DNA of 64,000 nt from Alphaproteobacteria bacterium (GCA_030831315.1 JAURLI010000003.1:18884-82883), one strand, 5' to 3'. Numbered from the stretch's first letter, positions 50,055 through 58,860 are shown. Program-made: numbers and translations. Notes: a model not told the origin generated them from the sequence alone.

Positions 50055-50501
50055 TCAAATGATGAAATCGAGGCGCTCCGCCGCATCGCTGCGGATGCCC
50101 GCGGCATTGGCGCGCAAACACAGATCCTCGATGGTGACGGCGTCGAGGCGCTCCATCATTTCGGCCTCGAAGCCCGTCCACATCGGCCACACCACCTTGC
50201 GGCCGAGGTCCGACGGCGGTTCAGTTGCGTCCTCGGTTTCCGCCATGGCGACGACGCGGGTGATCTCGCCCACCGTGATGCGGCGGCGTTCGCGCGCGAG
50301 CAGGTAGCCGCCCCTCGGGCCGCGCACGCCGGTCAGCACGCCCGCGCGCACCAGCTGCTGGAGAACCTGCTCCAAGTAGCGGCGCGGAATGCCCTGGCGC
50401 TCGGTGATGTCCTTGCTCTGCACCGGGAGCGAGCCCGCGTTGTAGGCGATGTCGAGCACCGCCTCGATCGCGTAGAGAAGTTTCTTGGACATGCGAAACA
50501 T
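50055..50501 (-). CDS. Rrf2 family transcriptional regulator (CymR-like, no Fe-S cysteines)
   Basis: YAIEAVLDIA, YLEQVL..L and GVRGPRGGYLLA; one Cys only; C-terminus ...RLDFII. Confidence 0.92.
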   Translation of the reverse strand: MFRMSKKLLYAIEAVLDIAYNAGSLPVQSKDITERQGIPRRYLEQVLQQLVRAGVLTGVRGPRGGYLLARERRRITVGEITRVVAMAETEDATEPPSDLGRKVVWPMWTGFEAEMMERLDAVTIEDLCLRANAAGIRSDAAERLDFII

Positions 50502-50511
50502 GAGGTTCTCC

Positions 50512-50967
50512 CTAGGCGCCGGTGCCGGTGGAGCCGAAGCCCCCGGCGCCGCGTTCCGTGGCATCGAGGCTTTGCGCCTCGTTCAGCCGCACGCGGGTGA
50601 CCGGCGCGACGACCATTTGGGCGATGCGCGCGCCGCGCGTCACCGTGAAGGATTCTTCGCCGTGATTGATCAGGCAGACCATGACCTCGCCCCGGTAATC
50701 GGCATCGACGGTGCCGGGCGCGTTCACGATCGAGATGCCGTGACGGACGGCAAGGCCCGAACGCGGGCGCACCTGGGCCTCAAACCCGTCGGGCAGGGCG
50801 ATGGCGAAACCGGTCGGGATCAGCGCCCGCTTGCCCGGCGCGATGACGACATCGTCGGCGACAGCCGCGGGCAGATCGATCCCTGCCGCCCCGGCCGAGG
50901 CGTAATCGGGCAGCGCCAGGTCGCGGGCGTGATCGAGCCGCATGATGGGGACCGTCACAGGTGTCAT
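50512..50967 (-). CDS. dut: dUTP diphosphatase
   Basis: [23 protein letters not shown] and [10 protein letters not shown]. Confidence 0.97.
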   Translation of the reverse strand: MTPVTVPIMRLDHARDLALPDYASAGAAGIDLPAAVADDVVIAPGKRALIPTGFAIALPDGFEAQVRPRSGLAVRHGISIVNAPGTVDADYRGEVMVCLINHGEESFTVTRGARIAQMVVAPVTRVRLNEAQSLDATERGAGGFGSTGTGA

Positions 50968-52181
50968 TGGATGGCGCCGAAGTGGCGGGCGATGGCGTCG
51001 GCCAGCCGTGCCGCGACGGCATCCTTGCCCATGCGCGGCCACGAGGCGACGTCGGCGTCATTGGCGCCGGTAATCAGGTGCACCGTATTGTTGTCGCCGC
51101 CGAAGACGCCCTCGGCGGGGGACACATCGTTGGCGACGATCCAGTCGCAGCCCTTGGCCACGCGCTTGGCGCGCGCGTTGGCAAGGACGTTTTCGGTTTC
51201 AGCAGCAAAGCCCACGACCAGTCGCGGGCGTTTGTTACCGGCACCGGCGACGGTCGCGAGAATGTCGGGGTTTTCGGAAAGTTCCAGACGCGGCGGCGCA
51301 GCACCCTTCGTCTTCTTGATCTTGGCCTCGGCCACATCGCGCACGCGCCAGTCGCTGACGGCGGCCGCCATCACCGCGACATCGACGGGTAGGCACTCGT
51401 TGACGGCGCGCAGCATCTGTTCGGCGGTCTCGGTATGGACGACTTCGACGCCGGCGGGATCGGGCAGGGCGACGGGGCCGGAGACCAGCACCGTTCGCGC
51501 GCCGAGCCGCGCAAGGGCGGCGGCGATGGCGTGCCCCTGCTTGCCCGACGAGCGGTTGCCGATGAAGCGCACGGGATCGACGGGCTCGAAAGTGGGGCCG
51601 GACGTCACTACCGCGCGACGGCCCCGGAGCGGCGCGGCGGCTTCAAAAAAATCTTCGACGGCCTTGACGATGTCTGCGACCTCGGCGAGCCGGCCTTCGC
51701 CTTCTTCGCCGCAGGCAAGTTCGCCCGCCACGGGGCCGACGACGACGATGCCGCGGGTGCGCAGGGTTTCCATGTTGGCGCGCGTCGCGGCGTGTTCCCA
51801 CATGCGCACGTTCATCGACGGCGCCACCATCACCGGTTTGTCGGTGGCGAGCAGCGCTGTGGTGGCGAGATCGGTTGCAAGGCCGTGCGCCATCTTGGCG
51901 AGAATGTCGGCGGTCGCCGGCGCGACGAGGACGAGATCGGCCTCGCGCGAAAGGCGGATATGGCCCATTTCGCTTTCATCGGTGAGCGAGAACAGATCGC
52001 CATAAACTTTTTCGCCGGTCAGCGCCGCAAGGGACAGCGGTGTTACGAACTTCGCACCGGCGTCGGTGAGGATGGCGCGCACGGCGGCGCCGCGGCGTTT
52101 CAGCTCGCGCGTGAGCTCGAGCGCCTTGTAGGCAGCAATGCCGCCCGACACCACCAGCAGGATGCGCCGGTTCGTGATCAT
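50964..52181 (-). CDS. coaBC: Bifunctional phosphopantothenoylcysteine decarboxylase / ligase
   Basis: [35 protein letters not shown] and GFAAE. Confidence 0.96.
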   Translation of the reverse strand: MITNRRILLVVSGGIAAYKALELTRELKRRGAAVRAILTDAGAKFVTPLSLAALTGEKVYGDLFSLTDESEMGHIRLSREADLVLVAPATADILAKMAHGLATDLATTALLATDKPVMVAPSMNVRMWEHAATRANMETLRTRGIVVVGPVAGELACGEEGEGRLAEVADIVKAVEDFFEAAAPLRGRRAVVTSGPTFEPVDPVRFIGNRSSGKQGHAIAAALARLGARTVLVSGPVALPDPAGVEVVHTETAEQMLRAVNECLPVDVAVMAAAVSDWRVRDVAEAKIKKTKGAAPPRLELSENPDILATVAGAGNKRPRLVVGFAAETENVLANARAKRVAKGCDWIVANDVSPAEGVFGGDNNTVHLITGANDADVASWPRMGKDAVAARLADAIARHFGAIQ

Positions 52182-52264
52182 GGTTTTTTCCCGATAAGTC
52201 CCAAGTTGCACAGGCCCGGGGGCATCCCCGGACGGTCGATGAATTTACGCATTTTGCTTGTTAT

Positions 52265-52293
52265 TAGATAGTAATTCCCTAAGAAGCGCGCAA
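52265..52293 (-). promoter_or_regulatory. Candidate sigma70 promoter of the coaBC-dut-rrf2-cysK-moeB-SH3 operon
   Basis: On the minus strand: TTGCGC, 17-nt spacer, TATCTA, within an AT-rich patch. Confidence 0.45.
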
Positions 52294-52332
52294 CATCGGA
52301 ATCGGGGGCCCGGGAAGCCGGCGCACCGATGC

Positions 52333-53907
52333 TCAGGGGCGGCCCGTGAGCAGCGTGGCCAGGATCAGGGCCAAGAGCCCCGCGATGACCCAGAGAACGG
52401 CGCCCCGGCCGCCGTTTCCGCCCTTCCCGTCCTCGCCCAGGAGGCGGCGGACGGTGTCGGGATGCAGCCGGTAGCCCTGCTCGGCCAGCGCCCGCACGGC
52501 CTTGTCCACGTTGGTCAGGAATCCGGGCAAACGTTCCAGTCCCGAAACGAAATCCTGCGCTCCGCGGGCGATCCGTGCTTCGGGGCCGAGGTTGTCGCGC
52601 ACCCAGCTTTCGATCAGCGGGCGGGCCAGTTCCCACATGTTGACGTTGGGATTGAGCCTGCGCCCGACCCCTTCGGCCACCATCATGGTCTTTTGCAGCA
52701 GAAGAAGCTGGGGCTGGGTTTCCATCTGGAACTGTTCGGTGACCCGGAACAGCTGGGCGAGCAGGCGGGCGACCGAGATCTCGTTCATCGGACGGCCAAG
52801 GATCGGCTCGGCGATGGCGCGGCAGGCCTGCATGAACAGATCGCGCGGCTGGTCGGCCGGGACATAGCCCGCTTCGAAATGAACGTCGGCAACGCGCCGG
52901 TAATCGGCCTGCAGGAATCCGAGCAGCATTTCGGCGAGATAGCGCCGCGTCGGCGCATCAAGCCGCCCCATGATCCCGAAATCGACGACGACGAGGTTGC
53001 CGTCGGGACCGACGAACATGTTGCCGGGGTGAAGATCGGCGTGAAAGAAGCCGTCGCGGAACACCTGGTTGAAGAAGGCGGTTGCCGCCTTCTTGAGGAC
53101 CTCGTCCGGATCGTGGCCCGCGGCGACCAGCCGGCCGCGCTGGTCCATCGGGATGCCGCTGATGCGCTCAAGGGTCATGACGCGGCGTGCCGTGCGCGTC
53201 CAGTCGACGTGGGGCACGCGGAAGCTGGTATCACCCTTGAAATTGCCGGCAAGTTCGCACGCCGCCGCGGCTTCGAGGCGCAGGTCCATTTCCACTTCGA
53301 CGACGCGCGCCAGTGTCGCCACCACCTCGCGCGGCTTGAGGCGCCGCGTTCCCGGGCGCGTGCGTTCGATGGCGGCTGCCGCCCAGGCCAGCATATCGAG
53401 ATCGCGGGCGAAGGCCTCTTCGATGCCCGGGCGCAGGACCTTGACCGCGACTTCTTCGCCCTCGGTCGTCACCGCCAGATGCACCTGGGCGATGGAGGCA
53501 GCGGCGACAGGCGTGTCGTCGAAGCTCGCGAACAGCTCCGATACGGGCTTGCCCAGTTCCGCCTCGATGGCGGCACGGGCGGCCGCGCCGGGGAAGGGCG
53601 CCAGGCGATCTTGCAGAAAGGCGAGGTCGTCGGCGATTTCCTCGCCCAGCAGATCGGCGCGGGTGGCGAGCGACTGGCCGAGCTTGATGAAGGTCGGTCC
53701 GGCTGCGGTCAGCGCCTGGGCGATGCGCTCGCCGGGCCGGGTGCCGGGCTTGGGATGGGGGCCCCCCGGCAGGCGGGCGAGAAGCCGGGCTGCCGCCAGC
53801 ACACCGGGGCTGGCCCCGAAACGCTCAGCCAGCACCAGCGCGTCGCAGCGCGCAAGCAGGCGGGCGAGGCCGATGAGGCGGAAAAGATGTCCAAGGCCGT
53901 TGAACAT
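52333..53907 (-). CDS. ubiB: Ubiquinone biosynthesis protein kinase-like UbiB
   Basis: GPTFIKLGQ, AAASIAQVH, VAVKV.RP, FFHADLHPGN and DFGIMG. Confidence 0.96.
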   Translation of the reverse strand: MFNGLGHLFRLIGLARLLARCDALVLAERFGASPGVLAAARLLARLPGGPHPKPGTRPGERIAQALTAAGPTFIKLGQSLATRADLLGEEIADDLAFLQDRLAPFPGAAARAAIEAELGKPVSELFASFDDTPVAAASIAQVHLAVTTEGEEVAVKVLRPGIEEAFARDLDMLAWAAAAIERTRPGTRRLKPREVVATLARVVEVEMDLRLEAAAACELAGNFKGDTSFRVPHVDWTRTARRVMTLERISGIPMDQRGRLVAAGHDPDEVLKKAATAFFNQVFRDGFFHADLHPGNMFVGPDGNLVVVDFGIMGRLDAPTRRYLAEMLLGFLQADYRRVADVHFEAGYVPADQPRDLFMQACRAIAEPILGRPMNEISVARLLAQLFRVTEQFQMETQPQLLLLQKTMMVAEGVGRRLNPNVNMWELARPLIESWVRDNLGPEARIARGAQDFVSGLERLPGFLTNVDKAVRALAEQGYRLHPDTVRRLLGEDGKGGNGGRGAVLWVIAGLLALILATLLTGRP

Positions 53908-54704
53908 CACAGCACCCAGCCCGAATGCATGGCGGCGATGCCGCCCGCGAGATCGCGCACGCGGATCTGCTCGAAACCGGCTTCCGCCATCATCGACGCC
54001 AGCCGGTCCTGGTCGGGGAAGCGGCGGATGCTTTCGGCGAGATAGCGATAGGCCGCACCGTCGCCTGCCACCTTTTCGCCGAGCCACGGCATGATGTGAT
54101 CGGAATAGGCGTCATAAACGGGGCCGATCAGGGGCAGGCGCGGGTGGGAGAATTCGAGGCAGAGAAAGCGCCCGCCCGGCGCCAGTACGCGCCTGGCCTC
54201 ACCCAGCGCGCGCGCCGTGCGGGTGACGTTGCGAAGCCCGAAGGCGATGACATAGGTATCGACGGCGCCGTCGGGCAGCGGCAGGTTTTCGGCATCGGCG
54301 CAGGTGAAGCCGATGGCGCCTGCGAGCCCGACCTTCGCCACCCGGCCCTGGCCGACGCTCATCATGGCGTGGTTGATGTCCATCACCGTGACCGCACCGC
54401 CCGCTCTGGCGATCGCCTCGGCCCCGCCGGCCGCAGCCACGATGCGCATGGCGATGTCGGCGGTGCCGCCCGCGACGTCGATGACCCGCGCCCCCGGGCG
54501 CGGTGCCAGCCAGTCGACGGCAGCTGTCTTCCACAGCCGGTGCAGGCCGCCCGACATCAGGTCGTTCATCAGGTCGTAGTTTTCCGCGACGCTGTCGAAG
54601 ACGGCGCGAACGCGCCCGGCCTTTTCCTCGGCCGGGACGTCGATGGCGCCGAACGGCACCGTATCGGGATCGGCGCCGTGGGCCGTGGCGGGGGATTTTT
54701 TCAT
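53907..54704 (-). CDS. ubiE: Ubiquinone/menaquinone biosynthesis C-methyltransferase
   Basis: YDLMNDLMSGGLHRLWK, DVAGGTAD, FGLRNV and YLAESIRRFP. Confidence 0.96.
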   Translation of the reverse strand: MKKSPATAHGADPDTVPFGAIDVPAEEKAGRVRAVFDSVAENYDLMNDLMSGGLHRLWKTAAVDWLAPRPGARVIDVAGGTADIAMRIVAAAGGAEAIARAGGAVTVMDINHAMMSVGQGRVAKVGLAGAIGFTCADAENLPLPDGAVDTYVIAFGLRNVTRTARALGEARRVLAPGGRFLCLEFSHPRLPLIGPVYDAYSDHIMPWLGEKVAGDGAAYRYLAESIRRFPDQDRLASMMAEAGFEQIRVRDLAGGIAAMHSGWVL

Positions 54705-54751
54705 GGGCCGGACAATAGCCCAAGGTCCGGATTTCCGCTACGTTCCGCGCC

Positions 54752-55606
54752 ATGCCCGAATTGCCCGAAGTGGAAACCGTGCGTCTTGGTCTTGTGCCCG
54801 TCCTTGCGGGCCGCAGGCTGGCGCGTATCGCCGTCAACCGGCCCGACCTGCGCATCCCCTTCCCGCCGGATTTTGCCGCCCGCCTCAAGGGCCGCCGCGT
54901 GGCGGAACTTGTGCGGCGCGCAAAATACATCCTCGTGCGGTTCGACGATGGCGGCGACAGCCTGCTGATCCACCTCGGCATGTCCGGGCGCATGGCGGCG
55001 GAGGGCCCGGGCCTCGCCAATGCCCCGCGTCCCCCGTCGCCCCACGATCATGTGGTGATGGAGACCGATGCCGGCGGGCGGGTCGTGTTCAACGACGCCC
55101 GCCGTTTCGGCCTGATGACCCTGATCGCCCCGGGCGAGGAGGCCCGCCACCCCCTGCTCGCGGGTCTCGGGCCCGAACCCCTCGATGACGCTTTTACTGC
55201 CGACGTTCTTGCCCGCGCCCTCAGGGGCCGCGCCAGCCCGATCAAGGCGGCGCTTCTGGACCAGCGGGTGGTCGCCGGGCTTGGCAACATATATGTGTGC
55301 GAAGCGCTCTACCGTTCGGGCATCAGCCCGCGCCGGCGCGCCGGCACCGTGCAGGGCGAACGTGCCCGGCGCCTGCACGGAGCGATCCGGGCCGTCCTTG
55401 CTGAAGCGATCAGGGCGGGTGGCTCGACCTTGCGCGATCATCGCCGCCCCGACGGCGAGCTCGGCTATTTCCAGCACTCCTTCGCCGTCTACGGTCGCGA
55501 GGGCGAGGCCTGCCCCTCCTGCGACAGCCCGCAGGCCTGCGGCGGCATTCAGCGCATCAATCAGTCGGGGCGCTCCACTTTCTTCTGCCCGGCGCGCCAG
55601 CGCTGA
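54752..55606 (+). CDS. mutM: Formamidopyrimidine-DNA glycosylase
   Basis: [19 protein letters not shown] and GLGNIY; atypical C-terminal zinc finger. Confidence 0.97.
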   Translation: MPELPEVETVRLGLVPVLAGRRLARIAVNRPDLRIPFPPDFAARLKGRRVAELVRRAKYILVRFDDGGDSLLIHLGMSGRMAAEGPGLANAPRPPSPHDHVVMETDAGGRVVFNDARRFGLMTLIAPGEEARHPLLAGLGPEPLDDAFTADVLARALRGRASPIKAALLDQRVVAGLGNIYVCEALYRSGISPRRRAGTVQGERARRLHGAIRAVLAEAIRAGGSTLRDHRRPDGELGYFQHSFAVYGREGEACPSCDSPQACGGIQRINQSGRSTFFCPARQR

Positions 55607-55650
55607 GCGTGGGCGTGATCAATGCCGCGACTATGTGTTAGCCTGCCGCC

Positions 55651-56037
55651 ATGATGATCCTGCTGCGCCGCATCATTCTGGCAGTGCCGGTCCTGGCGCT
55701 GCTTGCCGCGTTTTCCGCGGCGGCTCCCGTCCGTGCGGCGGAATTCCTGACCCTGCTTGACGACGTGCCGGTGATGCCCGGGTTCAGCGAGGATACTGCC
55801 GCGGCGGTCGCCTTCGACACCGCGTCGGGGCGCATCGTCACCGCGCGCATTCATGGCCGTGGACGGCCCGGCGTTGATCTTGGGGCGTTGCTTGCTTTCT
55901 ATGGGGCGAGCCTGCCGGCGCTCGGCTGGCGGGCCGAAAGCCCGACCCGTTTCCGCCGCGACGGCGAGACGCTGACCCTGAGCGTCGAGGCCAAAGACGG
56001 GCTTCTTTCTCTGGCCTTCGATCTCAGGCCCGAGTAG
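55651..56037 (+). CDS. Small exported hypothetical protein
   Basis: Signal peptide ending in VRA-AE; DVPVMPG...FDT..GRIV...FY..SLP.LGW; fills the mutM-rpsT gap. Confidence 0.75.
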   Translation: MMILLRRIILAVPVLALLAAFSAAAPVRAAEFLTLLDDVPVMPGFSEDTAAAVAFDTASGRIVTARIHGRGRPGVDLGALLAFYGASLPALGWRAESPTRFRRDGETLTLSVEAKDGLLSLAFDLRPE

Positions 56038-56110
56038 GGCTGCGGCCGCCCCTCGCAAACCCCCGGATTCCAGAAGGTTCAGAGCGCGTTCCAGCCGTGG
56101 CCGGGCGGCC

Positions 56111-56139
56111 TTGACGGACGCCCGGTCGCGGACTATAAC
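56111..56139 (+). promoter_or_regulatory. sigma70 promoter of rpsT
   Basis: TTGACG (56111-16), 17-nt spacer, TATAAC (56134-39). Confidence 0.82.
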
Positions 56140-56221
56140 CCCGTCCTCCCGCGCCGGTCGGCAGTTTCGGCCGCGCGATGCACGCGTACCCCGTGAAGCG
56201 AACATCCAAAGGCAGTATCAG

Positions 56222-56485
56222 ATGGCGAATATCCGCTCCGCCAAGAAGCGCATCAGGCAGACCGCCCGGAATACGGACGTCAATCGCGCGCGCACCAGCC
56301 GCATCCGCACTTTCGTCAAGAAAGTCGAGACCGCGATCTCCACCGGCGACAAGAAGGCCGCAAGCGACGCGTTGCGCGCCGCGCAGCCCGAAATTCACCG
56401 TGGCGTTACCAAGGGCGTCCTGAAGAAGCAGACGGCATCGCGTAAGCTGTCGCGCCTCAATGCGCGCATCAAGGCGATGGCCTAA
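56222..56485 (+). CDS. rpsT: 30S ribosomal protein S20
   Basis: [13 protein letters not shown]...[10 protein letters not shown]...TASRKLSRL. Confidence 0.97.
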   Translation: MANIRSAKKRIRQTARNTDVNRARTSRIRTFVKKVETAISTGDKKAASDALRAAQPEIHRGVTKGVLKKQTASRKLSRLNARIKAMA

Positions 56486-56532
56486 GTCCTTGTGCGGCCT
56501 CCGCGCCGCGCCAAATGATTAGAAATTGTATT

Positions 56533-56567
56533 AAAAGCGCGCCCAATTCGGGCGCGTTTTTGTTTTT
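56533..56567 (+). terminator. rho-independent terminator of rpsT
   Basis: AAAAGCGCGCCC-AATTC-GGGCGCGTTTTTGTTTTT. Confidence 0.85.
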
Positions 56568-56632
56568 GTCGCGGGAACACAATCAATCCAACGAGTCAAA
56601 AATTTTTTTTCTGGGACCCGTCTCTTGGCCCG

Positions 56633-56662
56633 TTGCGATTCAAATTTTCAGTAGCTAGAGTC
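56633..56662 (+). promoter_or_regulatory. Candidate promoter of rhodanese-dnaA overlapping two GANTC sites
   Basis: TTGCGA (56633-38), 17-nt spacer, TAGAGT (56656-61); GATTC at 56637, GAGTC at 56658 and a third GAGTC at 56593. Confidence 0.55.
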
Positions 56663-56905
56663 CGGTCCTGTTCATTTCCACGCGCTGGAAAATTTCGCAG
56701 CAATCAAGTTAGTAGTCGCGGCGTGTTTCGCCCCACTTGTTCTTTTTGTGGGCGGGTGCCTTCTGCGGGAAAACGCTTCGAGCGTTGCAATCGGTTTTTT
56801 GGTGTTCGCGTTCTTTGTTTCTTTTTCGGGTGCAGTCCATGACGGCTTTCAACCGGTGCAGCTTCGATCAATCCAGCACCGGATGCCGCAACAGGGGGAA
56901 AATTG

Positions 56906-57373
56906 ATGTCGAGTGACGACGCCAAGACCTCGACCGAGCGTGCCGTGGCACCGGGCGAAGGTTACGCGGGCGACATCACACCCGATCAGGCCTGGAAGAT
57001 TCTCGAGGAAAGCCCCGGGGCGGTGCTGGTCGATTGCCGCACCCAGCCGGAATGGGCCTTCGTCGGCGTGCCGGATCTCGGCAGCCTCGGCAAGAAGGTG
57101 GTTCTGGTGCCTTGGCAGGTCTTTCCGACGATGCAACTGAACCCGGAATTCACCAAGCAGATCAAGGCCGCCGGGGCGGCTGAAGGGGCGCCGGTCCTGT
57201 TCCTGTGCCGGTCGGGGGCGCGCTCGCGTTCAGCGGCGATTGCCGCGACCGGGCAGGGTTTCGCACGTGCCTACAATATAAAGGGCGGTTTCGAGGGCGC
57301 CCATGACGACAAGCGCCATCGCGGCAGCCGCGAGGGCTGGAAGGTTTCCGGTTTGCCCTGGGTTCAGGACTGA
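56906..57373 (+). CDS. Single-domain rhodanese-like sulfurtransferase
   Basis: YAGDITP, LVDCRT..EW..VG.P, active-site loop LCRSGARS, YNIKGGFEG and GW...GLPW. Confidence 0.92.
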   Translation: MSSDDAKTSTERAVAPGEGYAGDITPDQAWKILEESPGAVLVDCRTQPEWAFVGVPDLGSLGKKVVLVPWQVFPTMQLNPEFTKQIKAAGAAEGAPVLFLCRSGARSRSAAIAATGQGFARAYNIKGGFEGAHDDKRHRGSREGWKVSGLPWVQD

Positions 57374-57417
57374 CCGTTCGTAAGTAACAAGAATTGCGTT
57401 TAAGGGGGCAGGGCGCG

Positions 57418-58788
57418 ATGCGCACAGATTGGCAGTCGATCAAGGAACGTTTGCGGGCCGAATTTGGCGACGCCGCTTATAAGTCGTGGCTGGCGCCGAT
57501 CGAGCTTGATTCCGTTTCCGCCACCCGTGCCGTCATTTCGGTGCCCACGCGCTTCATGCGCGACTGGGTCCAGCGCCATTATCTGGACCGTATTTCCCAG
57601 ATGCTGACCGATGGCGCCGCCGCCGCGCCCGCCGTCGAAATCGTCGTGCGCAGCGCCATCCGCGCGCCCGATGCCGCCAAGGCCGCGAATGTCGAGGCCG
57701 TCGGCACCCTGTCCGCTGCCGCCCGCGCCCGCCCGCGGCCGGCCGCGCCGCGCAGTCATGAAGACATATCCGCGCCGCTCGATCCGCGCTTCGTCTTCGA
57801 CAATTTCATCGTCGGCAAGTCCAACGAGTTCGCCTATGCCGCCGCCCGCCGCGTGGCCGAGGCCCAGACCGTTCCCTTCAATCCGCTGTTCCTCTACGGC
57901 GGCGTCGGGCTCGGCAAGACCCACCTGATGCATGCCATTGCCTGGCATATCCGCAAGGCCGATCCCAACCGCCGGGTGATCTACCTTTCGGCGGAAAAGT
58001 TCATGTACCAGTTCATCCGGGCGCTCCGTTTCCAGGACACCATGGCGTTCAAGGAGCAGTTTCGCTCCGTCGATGTGCTGATGATCGACGACGTCCAGTT
58101 CATCTCGGGCCGGGAAACGACCCAGGAAGAATTCTTCCATACCTTCAATGCACTGGTGGACCAGAACCGACAGGTCATCATTTCGGCCGACAAGTCGCCC
58201 TCCGATCTCGAGGGGATGGAGGAGCGCCTGCGCTCGCGCCTCGGCTGGGGGCTGGTCGCCGACATCCACCAGACCGATTACGAGCTGCGCCTGTCGATCC
58301 TTCAGTCCAAGGCCGAGAAGCTGGGCTCCCAGGTTCCATCGAAAGTGCTGGAATTCCTCGCCCACAAGATCACTTCCAACGTCCGCGAGCTGGAAGGGGC
58401 GCTCAACCGCGTCGTTGCCCATGCCACGCTGGTTGGCCGGGATATCTCCCTCGAGGCGACCCAGGACGTTCTCCACGACCTGCTGCGGGCCCACGACCGC
58501 CGGGTGACGATCGAAGAAATCCAGAAGCGCGTGGCCGAGCATTTCAACGTCCGCGTCGCCGACATGCATTCGGCCCGCCGTGCGCGCGCCGTGGCCCGCC
58601 CGCGCCAGGTGGCGATGTACCTCGCCAAGCAGCTGACGTCCCGTTCGCTGCCCGAAATCGGGCGCAAGTTCGGCGGCCGCGACCACACCACGGTGATGCA
58701 CGCCGTGCGCAAGATCGAGGAACTCAGGGCCACCGACACCTCATTCTCCGAGGATGTCGAACTGCTGCGCCGGATGCTCGAAACCTGA
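57418..58788 (+). CDS. dnaA: Chromosomal replication initiator DnaA
   Basis: FNPLFLYGGVGLGKTHL, LMIDDVQF, NVRELEGA, RPRQVAMYL and GGRDHTTV. Confidence 0.99.
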   Translation: MRTDWQSIKERLRAEFGDAAYKSWLAPIELDSVSATRAVISVPTRFMRDWVQRHYLDRISQMLTDGAAAAPAVEIVVRSAIRAPDAAKAANVEAVGTLSAAARARPRPAAPRSHEDISAPLDPRFVFDNFIVGKSNEFAYAAARRVAEAQTVPFNPLFLYGGVGLGKTHLMHAIAWHIRKADPNRRVIYLSAEKFMYQFIRALRFQDTMAFKEQFRSVDVLMIDDVQFISGRETTQEEFFHTFNALVDQNRQVIISADKSPSDLEGMEERLRSRLGWGLVADIHQTDYELRLSILQSKAEKLGSQVPSKVLEFLAHKITSNVRELEGALNRVVAHATLVGRDISLEATQDVLHDLLRAHDRRVTIEEIQKRVAEHFNVRVADMHSARRARAVARPRQVAMYLAKQLTSRSLPEIGRKFGGRDHTTVMHAVRKIEELRATDTSFSEDVELLRRMLET

Positions 58789-58832
58789 GCCTCAAAAAGG
58801 CTTGGAAACCGGCCCTTTGCGGGGCCGGTTCG

Positions 58833-58860
58833 AGGGCCCCTCGGGGGCCCTTTTTCTTTT
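58833..58860 (+). terminator. rho-independent terminator after dnaA
   Basis: AGGGCCCC-TCG-GGGGCCCT followed by TTTTCTTTT; a second hairpin precedes it at 58807-58830. Confidence 0.75.

Noticed and set aside
56515-56536. Second ICE-like site (TTAGAAATTGTATTAAA) after rpsT
   Set aside because: The right half-site and spacing do not match, and it runs into the rpsT terminator.
56633-56842. 69-aa TTG-start ORF as a leader peptide
   Set aside because: It has no ribosome-binding site, starts inside the candidate -35 element, and its Phe-rich composition simply mirrors the T tracts.
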